Source of the DNA: an uncultured Myxococcales bacterium
Lineage (GTDB): Bacteria; Myxococcota; UBA4151
Direction: 5' to 3'
DNA: 21,117 nt
Assembly: GCA_964013405.1 (NCBI GenBank)
Contig: CAXGWI010000052.1
Span: forward strand, 1-21,117
Shown here: piece by piece, positions 5,970-14,898 of the stretch
How the letters are laid out: the number at the start of each line of letters is the position of its first letter
Position numbering within the stretch: the first letter of the stretch is position 1
Notes under the pieces: model-generated
Databases searched by the model: none
What the model was told of the DNA's origin: nothing
Seen by the model: the letters and a program-made list of their open reading frames with translations, nothing else
Made by a program: the position numbers and the translations under genes

Positions 5970-7838
5970 TCACGCGTCCGTCGGGCGCAGCGTCGCGCTG
6001 GGCCGGTAGGTCGGCACCAACTCGAGGGTTTTAGCCCGAACAAGGCCTAAGTCACGTTCCTGGCCGGCTTCGAGGAGGCCTTGAACCAGGGCAAAGACCG
6101 CGGCCGAATCCTGTTCGGTACGGGCCACCCGGTGAATCTTCTCGTGAGCCGTGGCGGTGAAGGCCTCGTCGCAAAGCAGTAACTCTTCTTTGAGTTTTTC
6201 CCCTGGCCGCAGGCCGGTGAACTGGATCTCGATATCGTCACCCTCCCGGAGCCGCGAGAGACGGATCATCTCCCGCGCCAGGTCGAGGATCTTCACGGGA
6301 TTCCCCATCTCCAGAATAAAGGTCTCACTGCCCTGACTGAGCGTGCTCGCCTGAAGCACCAGTTGGGCTGCTTCTGGAATGGTCATGAAGAAGCGCTCTA
6401 CCTCCGGATGGGTGACCGTCAGGGGGCCGCCAGCTTCGATTTGCCGACGAAAGATCGGCACCACAGAGCCACTGGAGCCGATCACATTGCCAAATCGCAC
6501 CGTCGTAAACTGGGTCCCCTGGGCCCGGTCACCGACGGCCTGGCAGGCCCGTTCCGCGATGCGCTTGGTGGCGCCCATAAAGCTGCTGGGGTTCACGGCC
6601 TTGTCCGTCGAGACCAAAACAAAGCGTTCAACGCCATGGTCCTGGGCGGCCAAGGCCGCCGTCAGCGATCCTCCAACATTGTTGGAGAGGGCTTCGAAGG
6701 GGTTCGCTTCCACCAGCGGCACATGTTTGTAAGCGGCCGCATGAAAGACCACCTGGGGGCGGTGACTCGCCATGACCTCGTCCAGGCGGCGGCGGTCCCG
6801 CACATCGCCCAACACCGGCACCAGCCGGGTTCGAGTCGGGGCCCGCCGCAGGCCATCGTCCACCTGAAAAAGGGCGAACTCATTGCGCTCATAAAGAACC
6901 AACTCCGCGGGGCCATACCGGAGCAATTGGCGACAGATCTCGCTCCCGATGCTGCCACCAGCCCCCGTGACCATGACGGAGCGGCCCCCCAGAAACTGGG
7001 CCACAGAAGCCTCATCCAGGGCCACCGGGTCACGGCCCAGCAGATCCTCCAGTTGAACGGCCCGCAACTGGCTCAAAGCCACTTGATCATGAACGATCTC
7101 AAAGATCCGTGGCAGGGTTCGGATTTGCACCCCCGCCTTGCTGGCGTGGGCAAGCACGCGCCGGGCGAGACTGCGAGGGGCGCTGGGGGCAGCGAGGACC
7201 ACCAATGCAACGCCATGGGCGTGAATCAACTGGGGCAGGTCATCGATCTGTCCGAGGACCTTGACCCCCAGGAGATCTCGCCCCCCTTTGACCTCGTCAT
7301 CGTCCACAAGCCCCACGATACGATAGGTAGCTTCTGGGTCTCGGCGGGTCTCTCGAATGAACAACTCCCCAGCCCGTCCGGCACCGACTAGCAGCACTTT
7401 TTGGCTCTCTAGGTCGCCGGCCTTGGCCTGGAGTCTACGCTCGAAAAGCACCTGTCCCACCACGCGCATCCCCACCGCACAAAAGACCGCCAAGCTCCAG
7501 GTGATCGGCAACACCGTCCGAGGGTAGCCGAGGAATCCGGTCGTCAGCACCAAGATGACGGCTGCTGCGGCCATCCCGATCCCTAGACCGAGGGCCAGGC
7601 GGACCGCATCACGCAGATCAAAATAGCGCCACATCAGAGCGTAGGTCCGAGTGAGGGCCAGCCCCACAAGACCACCGAGAATGACCAAGGGCAGGGTCAG
7701 GGTCATCAACTCCAGATACCGGGGCTCGGGCTGCAGGTTGAAGCGTAGATAGAAGGCCAGCACATAGGACGCACTAAGCACCGCAGCGTCAGCCAGGGCC
7801 TGGCTCAATATCCGCCGCGATCGGCCCCGATGCTTCAT
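5970..7838 (-). CDS. Membrane-bound UDP-GlcNAc 4,6-dehydratase (PglF/WbpM/WlbL/CapD family)
   Basis: Four N-terminal hydrophobic segments, VGAGRAG, EDLLGRDPV, TGAGGSIG, FHAAAYKHVP, STDKAV, MGATK, RFGNVIGSSGSV, GLRPGEKL. Confidence 0.95.
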   Translation of the reverse strand: MKHRGRSRRILSQALADAAVLSASYVLAFYLRFNLQPEPRYLELMTLTLPLVILGGLVGLALTRTYALMWRYFDLRDAVRLALGLGIGMAAAAVILVLTTGFLGYPRTVLPITWSLAVFCAVGMRVVGQVLFERRLQAKAGDLESQKVLLVGAGRAGELFIRETRRDPEATYRIVGLVDDDEVKGGRDLLGVKVLGQIDDLPQLIHAHGVALVVLAAPSAPRSLARRVLAHASKAGVQIRTLPRIFEIVHDQVALSQLRAVQLEDLLGRDPVALDEASVAQFLGGRSVMVTGAGGSIGSEICRQLLRYGPAELVLYERNEFALFQVDDGLRRAPTRTRLVPVLGDVRDRRRLDEVMASHRPQVVFHAAAYKHVPLVEANPFEALSNNVGGSLTAALAAQDHGVERFVLVSTDKAVNPSSFMGATKRIAERACQAVGDRAQGTQFTTVRFGNVIGSSGSVVPIFRRQIEAGGPLTVTHPEVERFFMTIPEAAQLVLQASTLSQGSETFILEMGNPVKILDLAREMIRLSRLREGDDIEIQFTGLRPGEKLKEELLLCDEAFTATAHEKIHRVARTEQDSAAVFALVQGLLEAGQERDLGLVRAKTLELVPTYRPSATLRPTDA

Positions 7839-8479
7839 GACTCGTCTCCGCTTCTCTCCAGCTCATCGCCGGCGAGGGCGAGCACGGTCTGAAGGATGAG
7901 AGACAGGTCGGTACCGACATCCCTCGCCTGCAGATAATCGAGGTTCATGGCCAACTTCTTGGGCATCACCTCTTCGATATAGGTCTTCTCCGGATCATCG
8001 CTGGAGCCCAGCAGCTCAGCTTCGCCGCGAAAAGCGAGGGTTGCGGGGTCTGTCAGTCCCGGACGGGCTTCGAGCACGGCCCGCTGCTCATCATCGTACA
8101 GCGCCACGTATCGAGGCACTTCCGGTCGGGGGCCCACCACACTCATTTCGCCCCGGAGGACGTTGAGTAACTGGGGTAGCTCATCCAAACGGGTTCGCCG
8201 CAGCAATCGACCGAGGCGGGTGACCCGATCATCGTCCCCTACCGTAATCTGAAGACCGGCGGATTCGGGTGGTCGCTGTCGCATCGTACGAAACTTGAGC
8301 AGTCGGAAGGGACGGCCGAAGCGGCCAACGCGCTCTTGAACGTAGAGTGCGCTCCCCCCGTCCTCCAACTTGATGGCGGCGGCGACGGCCACCAACGCAG
8401 GCCAGGTCACAGCCAATGCGCCACCGGCAAGGGCGAGATCGAGGGCCCGTTTCAAGGCCGCGTCGAGATCATCAGTCAT
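7835..8479 (-). CDS. Monotopic phosphoglycosyl transferase (PglC/WlbG-like initiating transferase)
   Basis: KRALDL, QERVG, KFRTM, LDELPQLLNVLRGEMSVVGPRPE, RPGLT. 4-nt overlaps with both neighbours. Confidence 0.93.
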   Translation of the reverse strand: MTDDLDAALKRALDLALAGGALAVTWPALVAVAAAIKLEDGGSALYVQERVGRFGRPFRLLKFRTMRQRPPESAGLQITVGDDDRVTRLGRLLRRTRLDELPQLLNVLRGEMSVVGPRPEVPRYVALYDDEQRAVLEARPGLTDPATLAFRGEAELLGSSDDPEKTYIEEVMPKKLAMNLDYLQARDVGTDLSLILQTVLALAGDELERSGDES

Positions 8480-9642
8480 GGGAGCCGAAGCCCTCGAAGT
8501 ACCTCGATGACCCGATCCTGCTGCTCAGTGGTCATGCCCATGAAGAGGGGCAGGCTGAAGCTGCGCTCGTACTGATCGAGGGAGACAGGAAAGTCCGTCG
8601 GCTCCAAGCCGTAGGTGGTCGCATAGTACGAATGAAGATGGAGCGGCTTATAGTGGACACTGGTGCCGATTTTGGCTTCGTTTAAGGTCGAGATCACCTG
8701 TTGCCGGTCGATCCCCGCATCAGGCTGCACACGGCAGATAAACAAGTGCCAGCAATGACTGGACCAGGCCTGGGGCCCAGGGGGCAACTCCAACCACGGC
8801 AGATCGGCCAAGGCCTCTTGATAGCGATTGGCCAACTGGGTCCGCTCTTCGGCGAAGCGGTCCGCCTTCGCCAATTGCCCCACTCCAAGGGCCGATTGGA
8901 TATCGCTGAGGTTGTATTTGAAGCCAGGAGCCACCACGTCGTAGCCCCAACTTCCCTTCTCCCGATAACGGCGCCACGCATCGGCGTTGATGCCGTGCAA
9001 GCGCATCACGCGCATGCGCTCCGCCAAAGCCCGATCATCGGTGGTGACCATCCCGCCTTCGCCGGTGGTGATGGTTTTGGTGGCGTAGAAGGAGAAGCAG
9101 GTCACCTCACCGATGGAACCTACCCGCCGGCGCGCACCGGCCATCGAGATATCGACGGGCAAGGCATGGGCTGCATCCTCAACAAAGGGGATGCCGGCCG
9201 CCACCGATCGGAGCTGTTCAAGATCGCAACCGAGTCCAGCAAGGTGAACAGGGAGGATCGCTTTCACCCGATCTCTGCCCACCCGGTCTAAGGTCGCTGC
9301 CAAGGCTTCCGGATCCATCAGCAGCGTCCCCGGCTGGACCTCGCTGAAGACGATTTCAGCCCCCAGGTAGCGGATGACCTCGGCCGTCGCCGTGAAGGTA
9401 TAAGGCACCGTGATCACCCGATCGCCGGGGCCCACCCCAAGGGCTTCCAAGGCCAGGTGAAGGGCCGCCGTGCACGAACTGACGGCGATGGCTTCCGAGG
9501 CCCCAACGTAGGCTGCAAAGTCGGCTTCAAACTGACGGGTCACCGGCCCCTGGGTTAGCCAGCCCGATTCAAGGACTTCAACCACACGGGCCACATCCCC
9601 CGCATCCAGGCTGGGTCGAGCAAAAGGAATCGGATCACTCAT
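8476..9642 (-). CDS. DegT/DnrJ/EryC1/StrS PLP aminotransferase (WlbF/PglE-like, probably acting at sugar C4)
   Basis: SGWLTQGP, SSCTAALHLAL, EDAAHA, SFYATKTITTGEGG (PLP lysine), MRLHGI, PGFKYN. Confidence 0.93.
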   Translation of the reverse strand: MSDPIPFARPSLDAGDVARVVEVLESGWLTQGPVTRQFEADFAAYVGASEAIAVSSCTAALHLALEALGVGPGDRVITVPYTFTATAEVIRYLGAEIVFSEVQPGTLLMDPEALAATLDRVGRDRVKAILPVHLAGLGCDLEQLRSVAAGIPFVEDAAHALPVDISMAGARRRVGSIGEVTCFSFYATKTITTGEGGMVTTDDRALAERMRVMRLHGINADAWRRYREKGSWGYDVVAPGFKYNLSDIQSALGVGQLAKADRFAEERTQLANRYQEALADLPWLELPPGPQAWSSHCWHLFICRVQPDAGIDRQQVISTLNEAKIGTSVHYKPLHLHSYYATTYGLEPTDFPVSLDQYERSFSLPLFMGMTTEQQDRVIEVLRGLRLP

Positions 9643-10862
9643 GCGCTTACCCCCAACCGGGCTTCCACCCGTTCAAGCCACCGCCCGATCAATATCGGCC
9701 AGGCCATTTCCCGCTGTGCATAGTCGGCCGCGGCCTTGCCCTGCCTTCGTAGCAGCACTGGGTCGTCCGCGTAAGTTTCGATCCCTTGCGCCAGCGCCTT
9801 TGGGTCACCTGGCGGCACCACCAGGCCACACGCATTGCTTTGGATTTCCTCAGCCACGTCACCGCGGCCCGCAAAGATCGCCGGCCGACCACAGGCCAAA
9901 CTCGGTAGCAAACGGGCGGGCCGGGTTCGGTCAAAGAAGGGATCGTCCCGCAGCGTCACCAGATGGGCACTGCTCTCGGCGATAAGTTCGGGCATGGCGG
10001 TCAATGGGACCGGATCATCAAAGCGCAGAAGGTTGTGGTCCAGTTCCAAGTCACGGGCCCGGCCCATCAGCGCCTGCTTTGTCGGGCCGTCGCCGACCAA
10101 GCGGATTTGCACATCGTGGCGATGACGCAAGAGGGCAGCAGCCTCGACCACCACCTCCAGACCGTGGGCATAGCCATGACTGCCCGCAGCCAAGAAGACC
10201 ATCGGCTTGCGGCTACGTTCCCGAAAAGAGCGGGGCTCAAAGCGATCTGGATCAAAGCCATTGGGCAGATAAGCCAACCGGTCTGGATCGATTCCTTTTG
10301 CCTCAAGACCGTCCAGAATCCCCCGGGTCACAGCGGTGATCAGATCCGCCTGAGCATAGAGAAAGGCCTCCAAGCCCAAGCCCGCCTTCATCACCGGCCC
10401 GGAAGCAAACACCGAATCGGGAGCCACGGCCGGCACGGAGTCAGGCCAAAGATCGCTGACATTCATGATCACCGGTGCATTCAGCCGCTTTTTCAGGGCC
10501 GTTGCTGCCAGGCCGAGAAAGAGCGGTGGCGACTCGTAGAAGATCAGGTCCACGCCCTTGAGCCCCAGTCCCCGTAGGGTCGAGGTCGTCATGAAACTCA
10601 AATAGTTAATGAGTCGTTTGACCCCACGACCGCCGGCAGGAAAGGCCCAGGTCCGTAAGACTGGGGTTCCGTCGATCACTTCTCGATGGAAGATCTTCCC
10701 CTCGTAGCCGGTATAAGTCTGGCCCTTGAGATGGTTGGGCAAACTGGTCAGCACCGTGACCTGGTGGCCCCGCTGCTGCAATCCAGCGACGGTCGCCGCA
10801 AGACGGGTGGGCGCCGCGCCAACTTCGGGCGCAAAGTACTGGGTCACGAAAAGAACGTGCAC
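9639..10862 (-). CDS. Glycosyltransferase family 4 (WbuB/WlbE-like)
   Basis: TQYFAPEVGA, GHQVTVLT, RLINYLSF, SPPLF, VSDLWPDS, PNGFD. GTG start 1 nt after the upstream stop. Confidence 0.9.
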   Translation of the reverse strand: MHVLFVTQYFAPEVGAAPTRLAATVAGLQQRGHQVTVLTSLPNHLKGQTYTGYEGKIFHREVIDGTPVLRTWAFPAGGRGVKRLINYLSFMTTSTLRGLGLKGVDLIFYESPPLFLGLAATALKKRLNAPVIMNVSDLWPDSVPAVAPDSVFASGPVMKAGLGLEAFLYAQADLITAVTRGILDGLEAKGIDPDRLAYLPNGFDPDRFEPRSFRERSRKPMVFLAAGSHGYAHGLEVVVEAAALLRHRHDVQIRLVGDGPTKQALMGRARDLELDHNLLRFDDPVPLTAMPELIAESSAHLVTLRDDPFFDRTRPARLLPSLACGRPAIFAGRGDVAEEIQSNACGLVVPPGDPKALAQGIETYADDPVLLRRQGKAAADYAQREMAWPILIGRWLERVEARLGVSA

Positions 10863-10863
10863 G

Positions 10864-11958
10864 TCAGGCCCCGTGGAATTCCCGAACCGCTTCGATCACC
10901 CGATCTTGGTCGGTCAGTGTCAGGAAAGGACTCATGGGCAAACTCACGATGCGCTCGCTGATGCGCTCGGAGCGTGGAAGGTGCCCCCGGCCGAGACCCA
11001 GATATTGGAAAGCTTCCTGGAGATGAAGTGGGACCGGGTAATGGACAGCGGTGGGAACGCCCGCTTCCTGCAGATGAGCACGGAAACCATCCCGATCGTC
11101 CACTTGGATGGAGTACTGAGCATACACATGACGGTTGCCCGGCAGGATTTGAGGCGTCGTAACAATGCCCTTGAGCGCCTCGGTGTAACGCTCGCCCAGC
11201 TCACTTCGCTTCTGCATTTCTGCTTCGAAATGGGGCAGCTTACCTAAGATCACCGCAGCCTGAATGGCATCCATCCGAGCATTCACACCGATGCGAGTAT
11301 GGACGTAACGGCGCTCCTGACCATGGGCCCGGAGTTCACGACAAATCCGAGCGAGGTCGTCATCATTGGTAAAGAGGGCACCGCCGTCCCCGTAGCAGCC
11401 AAGCGGTTTCGAGGGAAAGAAGGAGGTGGCTGAAAACGTCGAGAGCCCACAGCTCATACGGTCGCCTTGACGGGCTCCGAGGCTCTGAGCTCCATCCTCG
11501 ATGACCACAACGTCATGCTCGGCGGCGATTTGGTTAATGGCCTCCATTCGACAGACTTGCCCATAGAGGCTCACGGGAATGATCGCTTTCGTCCGTTCGG
11601 TCATCGCCGCCGCCAAGGCTTCTGGGTCCATGCCATAGTCATCTTCGCAAATGTCGACGAAGACAGGCGTCGCACCGAGGAGGCTGATGACCTCCGCTGT
11701 GGCGATGAAGGTGAAGCCAACGGTCACGACCTCGTCGCCCGGGCCCACACCGAGGGCCATCAGAGCAAGAAGGAGTGCGTCGGTGCCCGAAGCACAGGAG
11801 ATCGCATGGGGTTGATCGACCAAATCGGCCAGCTGGGTCTCCATCTCCGCGATCTCGGGGCCCATGATGTAGCGACCGTGCTCAAGGACCCGGGCGATGC
11901 CCGCATCGATCTCCGTCCGGTAGGCCTGATATTGGCTCTTCAAGTCGATGAATTGCAT
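10864..11958 (-). CDS. wbpE: UDP-3-keto-GlcNAcA aminotransferase (WbpE/WlbC-like)
   Basis: MQFIDLKSQY, YIMGPE, SGTDAL, PVSLYGQ, IEDGAQS, SFFPSKPLGCYGDGG, HGQERRY, AVHYP. Confidence 0.88.
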   Translation of the reverse strand: MQFIDLKSQYQAYRTEIDAGIARVLEHGRYIMGPEIAEMETQLADLVDQPHAISCASGTDALLLALMALGVGPGDEVVTVGFTFIATAEVISLLGATPVFVDICEDDYGMDPEALAAAMTERTKAIIPVSLYGQVCRMEAINQIAAEHDVVVIEDGAQSLGARQGDRMSCGLSTFSATSFFPSKPLGCYGDGGALFTNDDDLARICRELRAHGQERRYVHTRIGVNARMDAIQAAVILGKLPHFEAEMQKRSELGERYTEALKGIVTTPQILPGNRHVYAQYSIQVDDRDGFRAHLQEAGVPTAVHYPVPLHLQEAFQYLGLGRGHLPRSERISERIVSLPMSPFLTLTDQDRVIEAVREFHGA

Positions 11959-11961
11959 GAC

Positions 11962-12546
11962 TTAGTCCTCCACTGGGCGGCAACCCGCCCCATCGATCAC
12001 GTAGCGGTCGCCACAGGCGGTACAGACCGTCTCGCCATCCCCATCGTCGCTGGGCAGCCGCTCGCCACAAGCACACATCCAGCCCTTAATCCGGGCTGGC
12101 GTCCCCATCACGAGCGCATAAGCGGGCACCGTCTTGGTGACAACAGCGCCGGCTGCAACAAAGGCAAATGGCCCGATATCGTGACCGCAAACCACCGTCG
12201 CATTGGCACCGATGGATGCCCCACGGCCAACCCGTGTCTGGGCATATTCGTTGCGCCGATTCACGTGGGAGCGTGGATTCACCACATTGGTAAACACCAT
12301 CGAGGGGCCGCAGAAGACATCATCCTCGAGAATCACCCCCGTATAGAGGCTCACATTGTTCTGGATTTTGCAGTTGTTGCCGATGACGACCCCATTGGCC
12401 ACGTACACGTTTTGACCCAGGCTACAGCCGTTACCGATGACCGCCGTCGGATCCACATGGCAAAAATGCCACACCCGGGTGCCGGCACCGATCACCGCGC
12501 CGTCATCGACCACTGCGGTCTCGTGAATGAAAGGCTTGTCACTCAA
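11962..12546 (-). CDS. wbpD: Hexapeptide-repeat N-acetyltransferase (WbpD/WlbB-like)
   Basis: [39 protein letters not shown], and a C-terminal WMCACG..CTACG motif. TTG start with SD GGAGG. Confidence 0.9.
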   Translation of the reverse strand: MSDKPFIHETAVVDDGAVIGAGTRVWHFCHVDPTAVIGNGCSLGQNVYVANGVVIGNNCKIQNNVSLYTGVILEDDVFCGPSMVFTNVVNPRSHVNRRNEYAQTRVGRGASIGANATVVCGHDIGPFAFVAAGAVVTKTVPAYALVMGTPARIKGWMCACGERLPSDDGDGETVCTACGDRYVIDGAGCRPVED

Positions 12547-12573
12547 GGATGGTCTCCCTCCAAGGGTCGGGGC

Positions 12574-12636
12574 GACCTACCTGCCGGGCCTGGCCGGGTC
12601 AACGTGATTGACCCTTTTAGGGTCAGCCCTTAATGC
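12574..12636. promoter_or_regulatory. Candidate back-to-back divergent promoters / palindromic operator between wbpD-like and wbpB-like genes
   Basis: + strand TTGACC (12608-12613)-N17-TAATGC. - strand TTGACC (12602-12597)-N17-TAGGTC. Inverted repeats GGGTCAA-N5-TTGACCC and TGACCCT-N3-AGGGTCA. Confidence 0.5.
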
Positions 12637-12660
12637 GCCATTGCCACTGGAGTGACCATC

Positions 12661-13740
12661 ATGGCTCGAACACGAATTGCGCTCATCGGCTGCGGACGCA
12701 TCCTGCAGAAACATCTCGATGGGATCGCGGCGAACGAAGACCGGGCCGAAGTGGTCGCCGTCTGCGACCTGGTCGAAGCGAAGGCGAGCGCTGCTGGGGA
12801 GACCCTCGGTGTTCCCCATTACACGGACTTTCACGCCATGCTGGAGGCCGTGCCCTGTGACCTCGTTTCGATCCTGACCGATTCGGGTAGCCACGCGCCG
12901 ATCACCGTCGCTGTGCTGCAAGAGTACAGCGTCGACGTCCTGGTGGAAAAACCCATGGCGATCACCCTGGAAGACGCAGATGCCATGATCCAGGCGGCTC
13001 AACAGGCCGGCCGGCGGCTCTTTGTGGTCAAACAAAACCGCTTCAACCCGCCGATCATGAAGACTCGAGAAGCGAAAGATGCCGGTCGCTTCGGCAAGAT
13101 GGTCATGGGCACGGTTCGGCTCCGTTGGCGCCGGGATCAGGGTTACTACGATCAAGCGAGTTGGCGGGGCACGTGGTCTGAAGATGGCGGCGCACTGACG
13201 AACCAGACCGTCCACTATATCGATCTCATGTCCTGGCTCATGGACAGCCCAATCGAAACGGTCTTCGCCCGAACCGCCACTCGACTGGTGGATATTGAAG
13301 CCGAAGACACCGCGGCTGTGGTGCTCACCTTCGCCGACGGCGCGCTGGGGGTCATCGAAGCCACCACCGCAACCCGCCCGCTCAACCTAGAGGCCAGCGT
13401 CTCCCTCCTGGGCGAGGGAGGCACTGTGGTCCTAGGTGGATTTGCGACCAACGAGCTGGTGACGTGGAACTTTGGTGACGAGCCAGAGGACGCCCCGAAA
13501 CCGGACCTGAGTTATCCCGTCGATAACGTCTATGGATACGGTCACATCGCCCTTTATGCCGACGTCATCGAAGCCCAAGCCACCGGTCGCCGGGCCCTGA
13601 TCGAAGGTGAGGACGGCCGCCGAGTCCTGGCTCTGCTGCACGCCATTTACCATAGCGCAGAGACGGGTCAGCCCGTCCAATTTCAACCCGACGGCTATTA
13701 CGAGGCGAGCCCACTGGGCCGGACCGGTCAACAGGAATGA
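12661..13740 (+). CDS. wbpB: Gfo/Idh/MocA oxidoreductase, UDP-GlcNAcA 3-dehydrogenase (WbpB/WlbA-like); start revised to ATG 12661
   Basis: IGCGRI, VEKPMA, LFVVKQNRFN, RWRRDQGYY..WRGTW..DGGALTNQTVHYIDL, YGYGH. GGAG at 12649-12652 lies 8 nt before the ATG. Confidence 0.88.
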   Translation: MARTRIALIGCGRILQKHLDGIAANEDRAEVVAVCDLVEAKASAAGETLGVPHYTDFHAMLEAVPCDLVSILTDSGSHAPITVAVLQEYSVDVLVEKPMAITLEDADAMIQAAQQAGRRLFVVKQNRFNPPIMKTREAKDAGRFGKMVMGTVRLRWRRDQGYYDQASWRGTWSEDGGALTNQTVHYIDLMSWLMDSPIETVFARTATRLVDIEAEDTAAVVLTFADGALGVIEATTATRPLNLEASVSLLGEGGTVVLGGFATNELVTWNFGDEPEDAPKPDLSYPVDNVYGYGHIALYADVIEAQATGRRALIEGEDGRRVLALLHAIYHSAETGQPVQFQPDGYYEASPLGRTGQQE

Positions 13741-14870
13741 AGCGGGTCGCTGTTGTTTTCGGCACCCGGCCCGAGGCCATCAAGATGATGCCAGTGGTTG
13801 CCGAACTCGACCGATCGGAACAGATCGACTGCCAGTTCATCGCCACGGCCCAGCACCGGGAGATGCTCGATCAGGTGATCGACTTGTTTGAGCGACAGCC
13901 TGATCGGGACCTGGACCTGATGAAGCCGGGCCAAACCCTGGCTGAACTCTCCGCTCGCATCATCACCCACCTCGACGAGGTCCTCGCGGAACTCACGCCC
14001 GATTTGGTCTTGGTTCATGGGGACACAACCACCAGCTCGATGGCCGGGCTCGCCGCCTTCTATCGGCAAATTCCAGTGGGGCATGTCGAAGCAGGTCTCC
14101 GCACCGGCGATCTGCGGGCCCCCTTTCCCGAAGAGTTCAACCGTGTGCTGACCGGGAGACTCGCTGATTGGCATTATGCACCGACGGCCGGAGCCCGGGA
14201 CAACCTTCTCGCCGAGGGCACAGCCCCCGAACGCATCCTCGTCACTGGCAACACCGTCATCGATGCACTCCATCAAGTCTCGGCCCGTTTGGATCGCCAA
14301 GATGGATTTCCCGCCCCACTGAACGAACAACTAGGCTCGGTGCTCGACGGCCAGGCGCGCCTCGTCCTCGTCACCGGCCATCGGCGGGAGAACTTTGGGG
14401 CCGGCTTTCTTGAGATCTGCCGAGGCTTGAAGCGCCTGGCTGAGGCCCGACCAGCGGTCAATATCATCTACCCGGTGCATCTGAACCCGAAGGTCAAAGG
14501 ACCTGTCCATGAGTTGTTGGGCGCCGTCCCCAATATCCACCTTATTCCGCCCCTCGACTACCTTCCCTTCGTCGCGCTTATGAGACGCTGCGATGTGGTA
14601 CTGACCGATTCTGGTGGCATCCAAGAGGAAGCCCCCGGCCTGGGCAAACCCGTCTTGGTCATGCGAGATAAGACCGAGCGCCCGGAAGCCGTCGCTGCTG
14701 GGACGGTCCGTCTGGTGGGCACCGACTCGGATCGGATCTTCGAGGAAGTCCTGCTTCTGCTCGATGATGCCGAGCATTATGCCCGGATGAGCGAAGCCTC
14801 GAACCCCTATGGCGATGGGCAGGCGGCAGGCCGCATTCGTCGGCACATCGAATCGATTCTCGGCCCCTGA
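13737..14870 (+). CDS. wecB: Non-hydrolysing UDP-N-acetylglucosamine 2-epimerase
   Basis: VFGTRPEAIKM, TAQHREMLDQ, VHGDTTT, GHVEAGLRT, PFPEEFNR, TGNTVIDAL, HRRENFG, TDSGGIQEE, NPYGDG. ATGA overlap with the upstream gene. Confidence 0.95.
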   Translation: MKRVAVVFGTRPEAIKMMPVVAELDRSEQIDCQFIATAQHREMLDQVIDLFERQPDRDLDLMKPGQTLAELSARIITHLDEVLAELTPDLVLVHGDTTTSSMAGLAAFYRQIPVGHVEAGLRTGDLRAPFPEEFNRVLTGRLADWHYAPTAGARDNLLAEGTAPERILVTGNTVIDALHQVSARLDRQDGFPAPLNEQLGSVLDGQARLVLVTGHRRENFGAGFLEICRGLKRLAEARPAVNIIYPVHLNPKVKGPVHELLGAVPNIHLIPPLDYLPFVALMRRCDVVLTDSGGIQEEAPGLGKPVLVMRDKTERPEAVAAGTVRLVGTDSDRIFEEVLLLLDDAEHYARMSEASNPYGDGQAAGRIRRHIESILGP

Positions 14871-14898
14871 TCGCAGTTCTTGCCTGGATGGGTGTGTG

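Noticed and set aside
6363..7391. 342-aa plus-strand ORF
   Set aside because: Antisense shadow of the dehydratase gene, typical of GC-rich DNA, with no motifs.
11962..12090. Cys motif (CACG..CTACG) at the acetyltransferase C-terminus as a novel fusion
   Set aside because: A similar Cys-containing tail is a usual feature of WbpD/WlbB homologues.
11467..12633. 388-aa plus-strand ORF
   Set aside because: Antisense to the well-supported wbpE-like and wbpD-like genes, with no recognisable domain.
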